A stretch of DNA of 64,000 bases from Takakia lepidozioides (lineage: Eukaryota > Plantae > Bryophyta), in assembly GCA_030704615.1 (NCBI GenBank), contig CM060731.1, positions 42,532,001 to 42,596,000 of the forward strand, in the 5' to 3' direction. The position numbers and the translations under genes are program-made. Below are positions 1-12,400 of this stretch, in pieces (within the stretch, counting starts at the first letter, position 1; each line of letters begins with the position of its first letter). Below the pieces are notes generated by a model. It had not been told where the DNA came from. It saw only the letters and a program-made list of their open reading frames with translations, and did not search any database.

Positions 1-2072
1 GGACTGGAGTCCTTCTCACTTCAGAGACTGTGGGTGGTACCTTGACTGCCCACCTGAGCACACGACCTTTCAAGAACAGCATATGAAATACTTGAACAAT
101 AACGCTGAGATGCTGGCGCCTTTGACTGACGAAGAGTATCAACGAAACATAGCAACCTTGGCTGCCAAGGAGCCTGATGCTCAGGGAACGCCGCAGAAGG
201 GAAAGAAGGCGGGCCGCAAACCAAAAGACAAGGCTGTTGATGTCATAGCCATCTCACCAGCAAAGCCAAAGGACAAAGACAAGTCCAAAGAGAAGGAAAA
301 GGACAAGGGGAAGGAGAATGAAAAGGAGATGGAGAGTGGGCAGGACTTTAGTGCTGGAAGATATACCCGCACTCTTCAGTGCGTGTTCGATGCCAAGCCA
401 CACCCTTCCCGTTCTGATTCAGCAGGAGAGATGAAAATTGTTAATGAGGGTTGGCTTTCGATGATGCAGAGTCGAAAGAGAGGATACACTGGGGTGCCAT
501 CCCCTACCTGGGACAATATAATCTCATTCCTCAATCTGGTGAGAATTCCAGTTTCTTTCCTTTTTCTCTGAATGTTTCGTTGGCAGTATTTCAGTCTCGT
601 TCTTTGAACTTATAAAAAACATGTCTGTTGCAGGTGAGCACAGGTCCCACCTTCGTGTGCGGTGTGCAGAAAACTTATGCGGCCGACATTGTCATTCTCG
701 ACATCCCGGATGGCCAGGCTGTGCCAGAAGTTCTTCCAAAGGGCAAGACGCCAGGGTGGAACAAATTCGAGGACAACTACTGGAGTTGGGTATTCGGGTT
801 CTGTAACAATTTCCTCTCTGATGCAGGGACACTTCTGCTTTTTCAGTCATGTGACAATGATAGTCGTCGGGCATTGGCATCATACCTCAAGTCTTCAGGG
901 TTTGAAGTTTTGCGCACATGGAATTGTGTGAACAGCCTCTACCTTGTGAAAGGGGGTTTCCCTGGTCAGCTGGTATGCCGTCTGCCTTCTGCTTATGCTT
1001 TGATCATGAGTTTCAATTTTCTCTGCAGCTCCACTCTAGTAGAATGTTTTATGATCGACACCGATCATCAACGATTCATGGTTTTTTGGTGTCAGAGTTC
1101 TGAATAGCCGATGTACACACTTCCACTTTAGATTGTGTTTACCACACTAACCTGCTATCTTTGGCAGACGAGGATGTTCGAGGCGATCTGCCTGCGGAGG
1201 ATTCGCACATCAAAGACACCATCCTCCATCCGCAGCTTTGAGATTTCTGACCAGGGTTGTTTCGTCAACCCCCCCTATGAGCCCCATGTCGATGACATTT
1301 TGTACAACTTCATGCAGTCCAGTCAGACTCTGAAGAGACCAGATGGCACTCCCTGGAGAGGTGCAAAGGAAAAGTCACCAGCATTCATGCAAATACTGCT
1401 GGAGTCATGCAGCCACCGCTCTGCACGGGTGGTCGATCTTTCTGTGTCCACAGGTTCGTTTTCTCCCTTCCGAATTGGTTTCCTTTCAACAGTTTCATCT
1501 GCTTAAATCCCCTCCTCCAAACTGTTTATGTTCTCCTGTCTGGTGCAGGAGCAACTTACCACGCATGCAAGGCAGGCGGAAGAAGCCTTTTTGGTATGGA
1601 GGGTGATTCTGACCTCTACAACACAGTGCTCCTCCCCCTTTTGTCTGGCTCCACTTCAGGCACACAGACTGATCGGATTCATATTCGAAATGATGACGAT
1701 CCCGAAGATAAGCAGGTCGACAACGACTTTTCATGTGAGTAAGTGCTAAACCCTCTTTGGGAGTCATACTCAATTTCTCGATAACATCAAAGTTACAGTA
1801 ATAACTTTTTCAGGCTGTCTTTCAGGAAAGCCAGCGGTGGATCTTCAGGAGATACAGTCATTTCTGGCGAGTCTGTTTTCGACAGCCCCCTTTCCAATTT
1901 TCTGCTCCCTGTTTATGCCGAAGCAATGGCACTTCACGCGTCCGAGTCCCTATCCCCTGACTTTTTAGTGGCCAGCCGTAGGTGTATCCAGCGTGGATCC
2001 GGTGTTCTAAAATACTTAGACTTAGATGCAGAGGAAGAGGGGATACATTGTACTGACTCTGAGTCAGACTGA
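1..2072 (+). CDS. 3' part of the ParB/DNA-methyltransferase-like gene in the inverted copy; exons <1-538, 634-972, 1168-1453, 1549-1738, 1814-2072
   Basis: GT-AG sites keep the frame. Encodes DIVILDIPDG ... EKSPAFMQILLESCS..RVVDLSVSTGATYHACKAGGRSLFGMEGD and ends ...LDAEEEGIHCTDSESD*. Confidence 0.75.
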
Positions 2073-2298
2073 ACTGTATTCTTTTAATATTCATTTTCAT
2101 ATTATCTGGAAAACGTTGAATCCCCTTACTCTACCGTAGTTGTTCCTTTAGAACAAATAATAATCACAGAATCAACTTTCGTTTAAATTGCTATATGTAT
2201 GAATCCATCTCACAAACCTTCCTGACTCTTCTCATATCCATTGTGCATTCATCTACACTGTATTCATGCGTGCTCCATTCATGAAAGCTTCCTTTGTA

Positions 2299-2762
2299 CA
2301 ACATCCATTGTACATTCATCCTCTGTACTCTTTAATCCACCCCACAAACCTTCCACACTCATTTCATATACTTTGTGCATTCGTCAAAAGATTTGGTCAT
2401 GCATCTTCCTGTCATGAATTTTTGTCATTGCTCAACATCCATTATACATTCATCCATTTTACTCTTATCCATCCGTCATTCATCCATCTACATAGATTTT
2501 TCAAACTCATCCATCTGTTTATCATCCAACTGTACATTCATCCATCATTTATTCAATGCCTTTTATTATGTCGTCCAGCTTGTTTCCGCGGTAAAGGGTG
2601 CCAATCCGCGGGAATACACTCCACTTCTTTCTGGGTGCGTGGTGACTCGGCCTCAACGTGTGATGACGTGGACTGAGCCCCGTGACGTGGCATTTGCGCA
2701 AGGTGACGTGGCGTGAGCGCAGTCGCGCTCACGCGCTCACGTGACCAGGCGCCGAGGCATCA
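2299..2762. repeat. Terminal region of the inverted copy (hairpin spacer): CATCCA(T) subterminal repeats plus GC-rich hairpin
   Basis: About 9 CATCCA-type motifs in 2300-2550. Hairpin gcgtgagcgc-agtc-gcgctcacgc at 2711-2734. 2703-2719 is the exact reverse complement of 13553-13569. Confidence 0.7.
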
Positions 2763-2987
2763 TACAAAGGAAGCTTTCATGAATGGAGCACGCATGAATA
2801 CAGTGTAGATGAATGCACAATGGATATGAGAAGAGTCAGGAAGGTTTGTGAGATGGATTCATACATATAGCAATTTAAACGAAAGTTGATTCTGTGATTA
2901 TTATTTGTTCTAAAGGAACAACTACGGTAGAGTAAGGGATTCAACGTTTTCCAGATAATATGAAAATGAATATTAAAAGAATACAGT

Positions 2988-5900
2988 TCAGTCTGACTCA
3001 GAGTCAGTACAATGTATCCCTCTTCCTCTGCATCTAAGTCTAAGTATTTTAGAACACCGGATCCACGCTGGATACACCTACGGCTGGCCACTAAAAAGTC
3101 AGGGGATAGGGACTCGGACGCGTGAAGTGCCATTGCTTCGGCATAAACAGGGAGCAGAAAATTGGAAAGGGGGCTGTCGAAAACAGACTCGCCAGAAATG
3201 ACTGTATCTCCTGAAGATCCACCGCTGGCTTTCCTGAAAGACAGCCTGAAAAAGTTATTACTGTAACTTTGATGTTATCGAGAAATTGAGTATGACTCCC
3301 AAAGAGGGTTTAGCACTTACTCACATGAAAAGTCGTTGTCGACCTGCTTATCTTCGGGATCGTCATCATTTCGAATATGAATCCGATCAGTCTGTGTGCC
3401 TGAAGTGGAGCCAGACAAAAGGGGGAGGAGCACTGTGTTGTAGAGGTCAGAATCACCCTCCATACCAAAAAGGCTTCTTCCGCCTGCCTTGCATGCGTGG
3501 TAAGTTGCTCCTGCACCAGACAGGAGAACATAAACAGTTTGGAGGAGGGGATTTAAGCAGATGAAACTGTTGAAAGGAAACCAATTCGGAAGGGAGAAAA
3601 CGAACCTGTGGACACAGAAAGATCGACCACCCGTGCAGAGCGGTGGCTGCATGACTCCAGCAGTATTTGCATGAATGCTGGTGACTTTTCCTTTGCACCT
3701 CTCCAGGGAGTGCCATCTGGTCTCTTCAGAGTCTGACTGGACTGCATGAAGTTGTACAAAATGTCATCGACATGGGGCTCATAGGGGGGGTTGACGAAAC
3801 AACCCTGGTCAGAAATCTCAAAGCTGCGGATGGAGGATGGTGTCTTTGATGTGCGAATCCTCCGCAGGCAGATCGCCTCGAACATCCTCGTCTGCCAAAG
3901 ATAGCAGGTTAGTGTGGTAAACACAATCTAAAGTGGAAGTGTGTACATCGGCTATTCAGAACTCTGACACCAAAAAACCATGAATCGTTGATGATCGGTG
4001 TCGATCATAAAACATTCTACTAGAGTGGAGCTGCAGAGAAAATTGAAACTCATGATCAAAGCATAAGCAGAAGGCAGACGGCATACCAGCTGACCAGGGA
4101 AACCCCCTTTCACAAGGTAGAGGCTGTTCACACAATTCCATGTGCGCAAAACTTCAAACCCTGAAGACTTGAGGTATGATGCCAATGCCCGACGACTATC
4201 ATTGTCACATGACTGAAAAAGCAGAAGTGTCCCTGCATCAGAGAGGAAATTGTTACAGAACCCGAATACCCAACTCCAGTAGTTGTCCTCGAATTTGTTC
4301 CACCCTGGCGTCTTGCCCTTTGGAAGAACTTCTGGCACAGCCTGGCCATCCGGGATGTCGAGAATGACAATGTCGGCCGCATAAGTTTTCTGCACACCGC
4401 ACACGAAGGTGGGACCTGTGCTCACCTGCAACAGACATGTTTTTTATAAGTTCAAAGAACGAGACTGAAATACTGCCAACGAAACATTCAGAGAAAAAGG
4501 AAAGAAACTGGAATTCTCACCAGATTGAGGAATGAGATTATATTGTCCCAGGTAGGGGATGGCACCCCAGTGTATCCTCTCTTTCGACTCTGCATCATCG
4601 AAAGCCAACCCTCATTAACAATTTTCATCTCTCCTGCTGAATCAGAACGGGAAGGGTGTGGCTTGGCATCGAACACGCACTGAAGAGTGCGGGTATATCT
4701 TCCAGCACTAAAGTCCTGCCCACTCTCCATCTCCTTTTCATTCTCCTTCCCCTTGTCCTTTTCCTTCTCTTTGGACTTGTCTTTGTCCTTTGGCTTTGCT
4801 GGTGAGATGGCTATGACATCAACAGCCTTGTCTTTTGGTTTGCGGCCCGCCTTCTTTCCCTTCTGCGGCGTTCCCTGAGCATCAGGCTCCTTGGCAGCCA
4901 AGGTTGCTATGTTTCGTTGATACTCTTCGTCAGTCAAAGGCGCCAGCATCTCAGCGTTATTGTTCAAGTATTTCATATGCTGTTCTTGAAAGGTCGTGTG
5001 CTCAGGTGGGCAGTCAAGGTACCACCCACAGTCTCTGAAGTGAGAAGGACTCCAGTCCTTCAATATCCCTGCAGTATACATGGTTGGATCGTTTGCAGGG
5101 TCCGACCACATGTCAAGATAGTCGGGAATTCCGCTCAGGTGATTTCCTTCCATAAGCACATATTTCGTGTACCTGAAAAAAGGAGATGAATCCCAACCCA
5201 CAAAAGCGCTCAGTGAGTAAGATGCAAGTAGAACAGAAAGAATAAAACATGGATTGAAATGGCTCTGACAACTGCTCCAAGGACCTTTCAGGACCACACT
5301 ACTGCTCCAGATATGAATGTCGTCAACGCCATTCAGAACATTCCATTCCATGACACTGTAAATACATCCTAATCCAGGTGAATGCAAATAAGCGATTAGA
5401 AATGACACAGACATAGAAGTGAATGTCGTCAACGACATTCAAGAATGAAGCCAAATTATTACTGAAATGAAGCAAAATCACAGGATGGAAATAAAAAAAT
5501 TGAGTAAGGAACCATCCAGGAAAACTCAATGCACATTCATAACGAACCTATCACTGAGGACCTCACAACATCACTGTATGTGAATGGCGTCAACGCCATT
5601 CACAAAAATACAAAAAAGAAACCAATTACTTAGCTCCCCAATCCATGAAAATTGAATTTGTCGTTTTTGAATAATACAGACACAGCTGTGAATGTCGTCA
5701 ACGACATTCACTTTGGATTTCTTAAAACAGAGCTTATGAAGCCTCCATATTCATCGCAAGAGGAAAAAACAATGCAGAACAACTGAATGTCTGCATTGAC
5801 ATTCAGCAAAATGAAGTGATCAACCCTCATTGTATCCTCTATGGACATTACAAAAATTTAAATAACCTTGAGGACCACACAACAACTCCGTATGTGAATG

Positions 5901-8606
5901 TCGTCAACGCCATTCAAGGACATTATCAATTCTAATCAGGGACAATATAATTGCACCCTTAGATCCTAACCAGGTGAATTCATATACTCGCTTAAGAATG
6001 ACTCAGACAAAGAAGTGAATGTCGTCAACGACATTCAATCTGGATCTAAGATTGCAATCCATATGAAGCCACAATTTTTCCCAAAAAAACAGTAGAGTTT
6101 CAAGTATGACATTTCACCTGTACACAACTCGCATCATGGCCCACTCTCCTCCAACCTGACTGTCAAAGTCGTTGGACCGTAAAATGTTACCATCTTTGGA
6201 GAACTCCCGGAAAAAACAGTATCTCCAGGTGAGACCTCTCCACTTCCTTATGTATGCCTCCAATGACATTTGGGGAGGGGAAACAATCGCAATGTTCAGG
6301 TCCTTCAAAGTCTGATCCAGCACAATGACGGCGCGCTTTTCGAGCTGCAAATAGTATATTTGTCAGAATTGCAAAAAAGAAACACATCACATACTTGAAG
6401 AGAAGAAACAGCATGTTCGAATACACACCTGACTCCAAAATGTAGCCTTGTGGAGCCAGTTATCAAACACCAAATCACTGATTCCTTCCACCTTTGTGCC
6501 AGGCTGTATGGTGCTCTTTGGGAACTGATTCAAGTCCTTTACTGTTTGATCTGAGTTCCATATCTCCAGCCACCTTATTTTTGTTTGTGGGTCGACCATC
6601 GATATGGCCAGCCGGTGCAATTTCTCCTGCTGCATCTCCGGATGCACATGCTTGTCATAGTGTGTTTTGATCTGCTGAAGGAACTCAGGACCAAGTCCAG
6701 GATCTACTATTCTAAGCTGCTTTCCGAAGGCTGACATCAATTTGGTTCTTCGCATCTCAAACTCCTTCTTTATTGCAGCTTCCACACCCTTTGATGTCCT
6801 TAGTTCCTCTGGTGTAGTGCGGTAATATTCGGATTTTCCCTTCTCAGCTGCCTCTGCCAGTTCTTGCTGCATTCATTCAAGTAGTGATTAGCTCCGAAGG
6901 GACTCTAAACATGTATTCGAAAAGTAAACAGATTACAGACTCGGGCTTACCGCATACATGTACTCCAGAAACGCCTCTCGTGTCAAAGAATACCAAGTGC
7001 CTGCAGCTCTTCCTGTTTCGCACTTCTTGATGATATTGGGTGGTAGTACTGTCCGAAAATCATCCAGCTTCATCAGACCAATCCTCTGAATTCGGAATAG
7101 TGTGTGAACCAAGCTTGTTGTCACATGCGATTTCTCTGTCGATCTGCAAAAACATTGGAAACATTGCATTCCTTAACACTGTTTTTTGAGGATCAACAAG
7201 ACACTACAGAGGGAATCAAATCTCTTGGATGACTTACTTGTTCACGTCGTGCATAGCTGTAAGAAGCCTAGCGATGTCGTTTCCTGGATCCAAAACCATT
7301 GCCTCCACAGCAACATGCTTGTCTTTGTCTTTCGAATGGTGTTTCTGAATGTATCCCATCCATGCCAGCAATCGGTGGTTGCCGTCCCAGACGTAGAACA
7401 TGTGGTTGCAAAATTGCTGGGTGTTCTTTCCCATCATGAGGCCCAGCTCGAACTCCTCATTGGCATCTTTCCAGCACTCATCCCAGTTATCACTGATCTC
7501 TGGAGAAACTAATGTGCTTTTCCCATTTATATCCGTCAGTGACACATAAAAAACTTGTGCACCAAGTCTATATCCATGCACAAAATCACTCTCCAATTTT
7601 GTTATGTCATGGGAAAGAGGTGGACGCACAACAGGCATTGATATCATCCGGCACAGAGGTATGTCCAGACGCCCTCCAGATACGAGCATGTCCCTTATAA
7701 CCTCCTGAGAGTTTACCTTCTGGAATGACATGAGTTCTTTCACCTTGTCAAGGTAGTGCACTTCGGATTCATCTGCTTCATCTGTATTCTCTGAGCTTTT
7801 TGCGGACTCGTCCCCATCTCCAGATCCTTTCCCCTCTGATCCTGTAGGCTTCGACCTCACAGTTTTCTGCACGATGCCATTCAGTTCTGACTAAGTGATT
7901 TGCAAATAGTGAATGGCGGTAACGACAATCACTCTGTATCAAGGAAACTCACCATGAATGGTGTGAAAGAATTCAGCACAATCTACACATGCAAAGCCGA
8001 GACTGCCGTATTCAAAACAAAAGTGAGAGCGATAGCGAACGGCGTTAACGACAATCACAAAAGATAACAACCTGCCGGATCGGTGTTGTGTAATGACATA
8101 TATGTGCAACTGATTGGCGGCAACGACATTCAGTGTAGTTTAGGGAGAATAGTAAGTGCAGACTCTCTCTTCAAACACATAGGTACATAAATCTCATGAG
8201 CAGAATCGAATGGCGTTAACGACGCTCGCGATTCAGTAGTTCCTGCTAAAGAATGGAAGAGGAAGGACTCCTTGAAAGGCAATCACATAGACTATATGAT
8301 AAAACTTACTGGCACCTTCTTAGGTTTTGAACTTTGATCCCCTTCTGCAGCTTTCCTCTTCCCTCTCACATCTGCTGGAGTTTCTGTCTGCGCAAGGGTT
8401 TCTTGACCTTCTTCAGGTTCGGCGTTCCGCGTGCTTCCACCTTCTTCAGTGTCCCTGCGAATCATCTCTGCCTCCACAGGCTGGCGCACTCTTATCGCCG
8501 ACTGTGTCGCAGCCGCTGCCTCAGTCTCCGTCTGCTCTTGTGAATCAGTCTCCGCGTTCACCTGCTGCCTTGGCCCTGTGTTCTCCAACAAACGACGCCT
8601 CGTCAT
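2988..8606 (-). CDS. ParB/Srx-like domain + beta-class N6-adenine/N4-cytosine DNA-methyltransferase-like protein, ~1169 aa; exons 8606-8310, 7866-7238, 7143-6951, 6866-6429, 6344-6118, 5172-4521, 4425-4087, 3891-3606, 3510-3321, 3245-2988
   Basis: All nine introns are GT-AG with compatible phases (3510 nt using the inverted copy's last exon). Exon 2 has YVWDGNHRLLAW (ParB/Srx DGxHR motif). The C-terminus has amino-MTase motifs in the order IV (LDIPD), X (EKSPAFMQILL), I (VVDLSVSTGAT), II (GRSLFGMEGD). This copy has a 1-bp G-run deletion near 3020 that would extend the C-terminus to 2777. Confidence 0.75.
5314..6037. repeat. Seven 22-bp palindromes TGAATG(T/G)CGTCAACG(A/C)CATTCA in intron 5 of the ParB-MTase gene
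   Basis: Copies start at 5314, 5420, 5581, 5689, 5784 (variant), 5895 and 6016. Period is 95-161 bp and the spacers are diverged. Confidence 0.9.
7910..8228. repeat. Four degenerate copies of the same 22-bp palindrome in intron 1
   Basis: tgaatggcggtaacgacaatca (7910), cgaacggcgttaacgacaatca (8036), tgattggcggcaacgacattca (8111), cgaatggcgttaacgacgctcg (8207). Confidence 0.75.
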
Positions 8607-9461
8607 TTTCTCTCTTGCTCTGCGTCTCTCTCTAAGGGAAGTAAAATAAAGAGACTTTCTTCTCTTTCGTATTCTAGAAGGAACCCTCTCCAGCTTGACT
8701 ACCACTCTCCCTCTAAGCGCGAAAAGTAGAAAAACGCAGTGACTCCCGATTTCTTGCGGGATTGCCTGTGTTCTTGCGTGTCTCTAGAAGCATCGGATTC
8801 CCTCCCGCGTGACCGTTACACATAGTCGTTTCGTTATTAGTGCACATGCCAGCAATTGGTGTACAGCTGTTCGTATTCAGTTATGGATGTCTGACGTGTG
8901 CCGCCCAAAACAAAACGGCGTGTTCTAAATTATAACTGGTTCAATATTTAAAAAGAACAGCGAATCCCAGAAATTGATGCGCAGTCTTAAACAAATAAAT
9001 ATAAATGAACGAGAGTTTGATGACAAATTTTGGAATATCATACACGGTCATCCTTGTTATCCAAACCCCACATTCGTTGCACATTTGGAACTTTCCAGGT
9101 GCGCATGATCATTGGTAGTAGTATATAGATACATTTACTTAATCTGCAATCCCATTCTCGGATCCTGTGGCATGCTTCCAGGAAGTCGGCTTTGTTATTG
9201 GGTTTATTGATGAGGTTCTGATTAACGGTTTAACAGTTGCCGACACTGCCCCTATGGATTCTCTGACCACTGGGCCCACAAGAAAAGTAATTAAAATGGA
9301 CGGCTGCATATCTGGAATGAATAACAGAATATGCACAGTCGTTATCTGAGCTTCCTCCGCCATATGCTCTGCTCATTCTTCAACTGTGTTCTGGAGACAG
9401 CAGTAAACCGATTTACACTAGATCTGCGATAGCAAGGTACAAACATACTCGAGGAAGGAAG

Positions 9462-12400
9462 ATGGCTTCCTCTGAAGCGGAGTTCTTCTCAGACGACAAA
9501 CCAGTGCCGTTCTCCCAGGAAGTCCTTGACAATGGATTTGCAATTGTTCTGGAACATGTCTTGGCTACCCGTTTTCAGCTGCAGAATGGCTCCATCTTTT
9601 TGGAGAAAGAGGTTTACGATCTGAAAGGGAAGTTGGTGAAATATTCTTTCCAAAACCGTGATGAGACGGCTCATATCAGCCAGTGGAGAGTGCGTCCTGG
9701 TCGATACAGAGTACTTGGAGAGCCTCGGCGAAAGTCCCTTGGGTCATATGTGACGCCCGGGACTGCTGCTTCGGTCGTTGAAGACAAGAGGGAGGTGGTG
9801 GTGAAAAAAGAACAGACTTCCTCCACTCCAATCGTTGAGCTTTCGGATTCTTCCGATGATGACATAAGTGAAATTCCAAATCCAGTCCTTCCTACTGTGG
9901 TTGCAGAAGCTGATGAAGAAGAGATTTGTAGTGTCATTCCAAAATTGCGGGCGATGGGAGGAATGGCTGGATTCAAAAGTGAGTTGCGGGGAATTGATTG
10001 GGAATCTTTGAAGCAGGTGCCTGTGAAGTTCTTGCCGGAGACTTTTGATGGCGATATCCTATTCGAGCTGCCTCCTCCTCCGCGAGTTGGAGGTGTAACA
10101 ATCATGATGCATGGAATGGACAAGAAACACGACGGGCACCCGTGGTGCAGAACAAAAACATCCAATATTCAGAATGATGACAAGCTTGTTTTCAGGAGGA
10201 CAGTTTGCAATGGACACCTTAGGTGTGATAATTTGAATTGCAGACACTTTCTTCAGTCTGGAGTTCATAATCAAAGCGAATGGGAGGGTCTGGCGGAGAA
10301 TCCATTTCAGCCTGGGACTGCCCCTCCACCGGCAAACACTTTCGTCTGCAAATTCTGCAAACTTGTGCCATCCTGCTTGGCGCTCTGCGGAGCAAGAATG
10401 TACTATGTTGTCCACCGTTTGAATACAATGACGAGAGCTTGTGTGCATTTTGGATTCCATAACCATCCTGTCTCGAAGGGGGATTACAGGGAGAGTGTTG
10501 AGACAGTATCGAGGTTGATCAAACAGGAGTTCGGGAGAAACCCATCCGCAACAACATCTGCAATTGCTCTTGGCGCAAGCAAGTCCTTCTTGGAAAGCCA
10601 TATTTTGAGTGAAGGAGATTCTGTGGGGACTAAACTTGACGGTGCAGCATTGGACCTGGTCATGGATCATTTCTCCACTTTAAGTTCACCTAACATTCGG
10701 CATCAGATCAATGCATTGAGAATGGGCTCTGGGATCAGAGGCTACATAGACAATATTTTGGAATTGAAACGACTGAGCAAGTACGATTACATCCAGGACA
10801 ATGTATTCCCAGGTCAAGGTGCCATCAAAGTTTTTCTTTTCAAAATGTCGACTGTTGGGGAGGGCAGTGGGGTTAGCCTCGTGAAGCGGATGCAGAAGAC
10901 TGGGGACTTGCAGAACTGTTTTCTTATGTTTGATCATGTGAAACGAGTGAAGGATTGGACGACAATGGCTTGTCATGTCTACGATCCAGTGTACCAACGA
11001 GTTATGACAATTGCAGTTTGTGACATGCAATCCGAGGATACGGAATCCCAGAAGCTCATGTGGAATTCCCTGATACGTGTCATGGGCTGCCATGGGCTGC
11101 CATCTCCAAATTTCGCAGGTTTCATGGCGGATAGTGCTCAAGCAAATTTCAATGCTATTCGTATTGTCTTCGGATCGGGCGACCCAAAAGTGCCTATGCC
11201 AGGAAGAGAGCGTACATGTCTATTCCATTGGACACAATCTCTGGAAAAACATACAAAGTCGGACATCAAACCAGAGATGCAGACTCAGCACCGTAAATTG
11301 TGCAAAGAGTACAAAGATGCTAGAACAATGAAGGAGGCGGACACTTTGTTCCAGACAATTCGTGCCTGGTGGTTCTCTTCTGGAGCTGCATCACTTGAGA
11401 GTATGAGAGCATTGGAAGATTGGCTGGCGTTTTGGCACTTCCGGTATAGACAGTGGGGAGCAGCCATGACAATGGTACGAGGCTTCTATTTCATGCTTTA
11501 TTCATACATTTGCTTTCCATATTTTTGACTCATTGCTTTCTTTATGTTGTTTCCTGTGCACTATTCTGAAGTGTGGTTATCCTCTTTGCAGAACATGTCC
11601 ATTGAGGAAATGGCAGACATGCCATCTTGCAATTTGGCAGAAACTGTGCACAATGCATGGTTGCAGCAGTCTGGGAAACGAGGTCGGGATTTGTATGTGG
11701 CAACAACAGATGATTTGATACGTGCCTTGCAACAACAAACCCGATACCGTGATTTCTTACGAGGTGGGGTTGGTGGCAAGGGTCCGGACAAATCGGAGTT
11801 GATGTTGCGTGCTGCAAACAGATCTGGGGATCCAATCAAGATAGCACGGGCGGTGAGCATGTATGCCCAGGGAACGCCACTTGTTTCTAGAGTTCCACAT
11901 CTTGAAGGGGAGGAGAGATTCGGCTCCTGTAAGAGGAAATTGAACACTCCACCTGGTTCGGATTCAGATTCCCACAGGGCAGACCGTGATAACTTCTCGA
12001 AGCCTCGTGTTCCCCTGCATGACAGCTCCGTGTCCGGAACCTCCATTGTGGAGGAACCTCCAACACGACGGCAAGCTCCAGCATCAAACCGTGCCACTGA
12101 AATGGTGCAGGAGAGAAACAACCCCCTTGATGTGCTTGAGTCCGCATGCCCCGACCACGTTTGGCACATAGAACGCACAAGTGTCGGGTCTCGTGTGAAA
12201 TGTACAGCGATCAGGGCAACTAATTTCGAGAAGTGCACTTCATCTATATCCAGAGGTGGTGCCCGAACTCCTGCTCCGACTTTCACGGGCTTGATGCGTC
12301 CATACGGTCAACCAGAAGCCAAGAACCACAAGTTCTGGTTCTGCGCAGATGATTGTGCCAGATGTGTGCATGGAACTGTGCGTCCTTCCGTAGTGATGAA

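Larger units (their letters stand above)
1..2762. mobile_element. Inverted second copy of the same element (window-truncated), including ~460 bp of terminal sequence missing from the adjacent copy
   Basis: 1-2298 is the reverse complement of 2763-5058 (mirrored ORF coordinates sum to 5059). I saw only two 1-bp homopolymer indels (~2040, ~2123). 2299-2762 continues with CATCCAT repeats and GC-rich palindromic terminal motifs. Confidence 0.85.

Noticed and set aside
2777-3133. Independent 118-aa ORF
   Set aside because: It is the last exon of the MTase gene, extended by a 1-bp homopolymer deletion relative to the inverted copy.
5314-6037. CRISPR array interpretation of the palindromic repeats
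   Set aside because: Eukaryotic intron; spacers are 75-140 bp, variable and mutually related; no cas genes.
8977-9363. Small ORFs or extra upstream exons between the divergent genes
   Set aside because: No consistent splice path into either gene and no recognisable motif.
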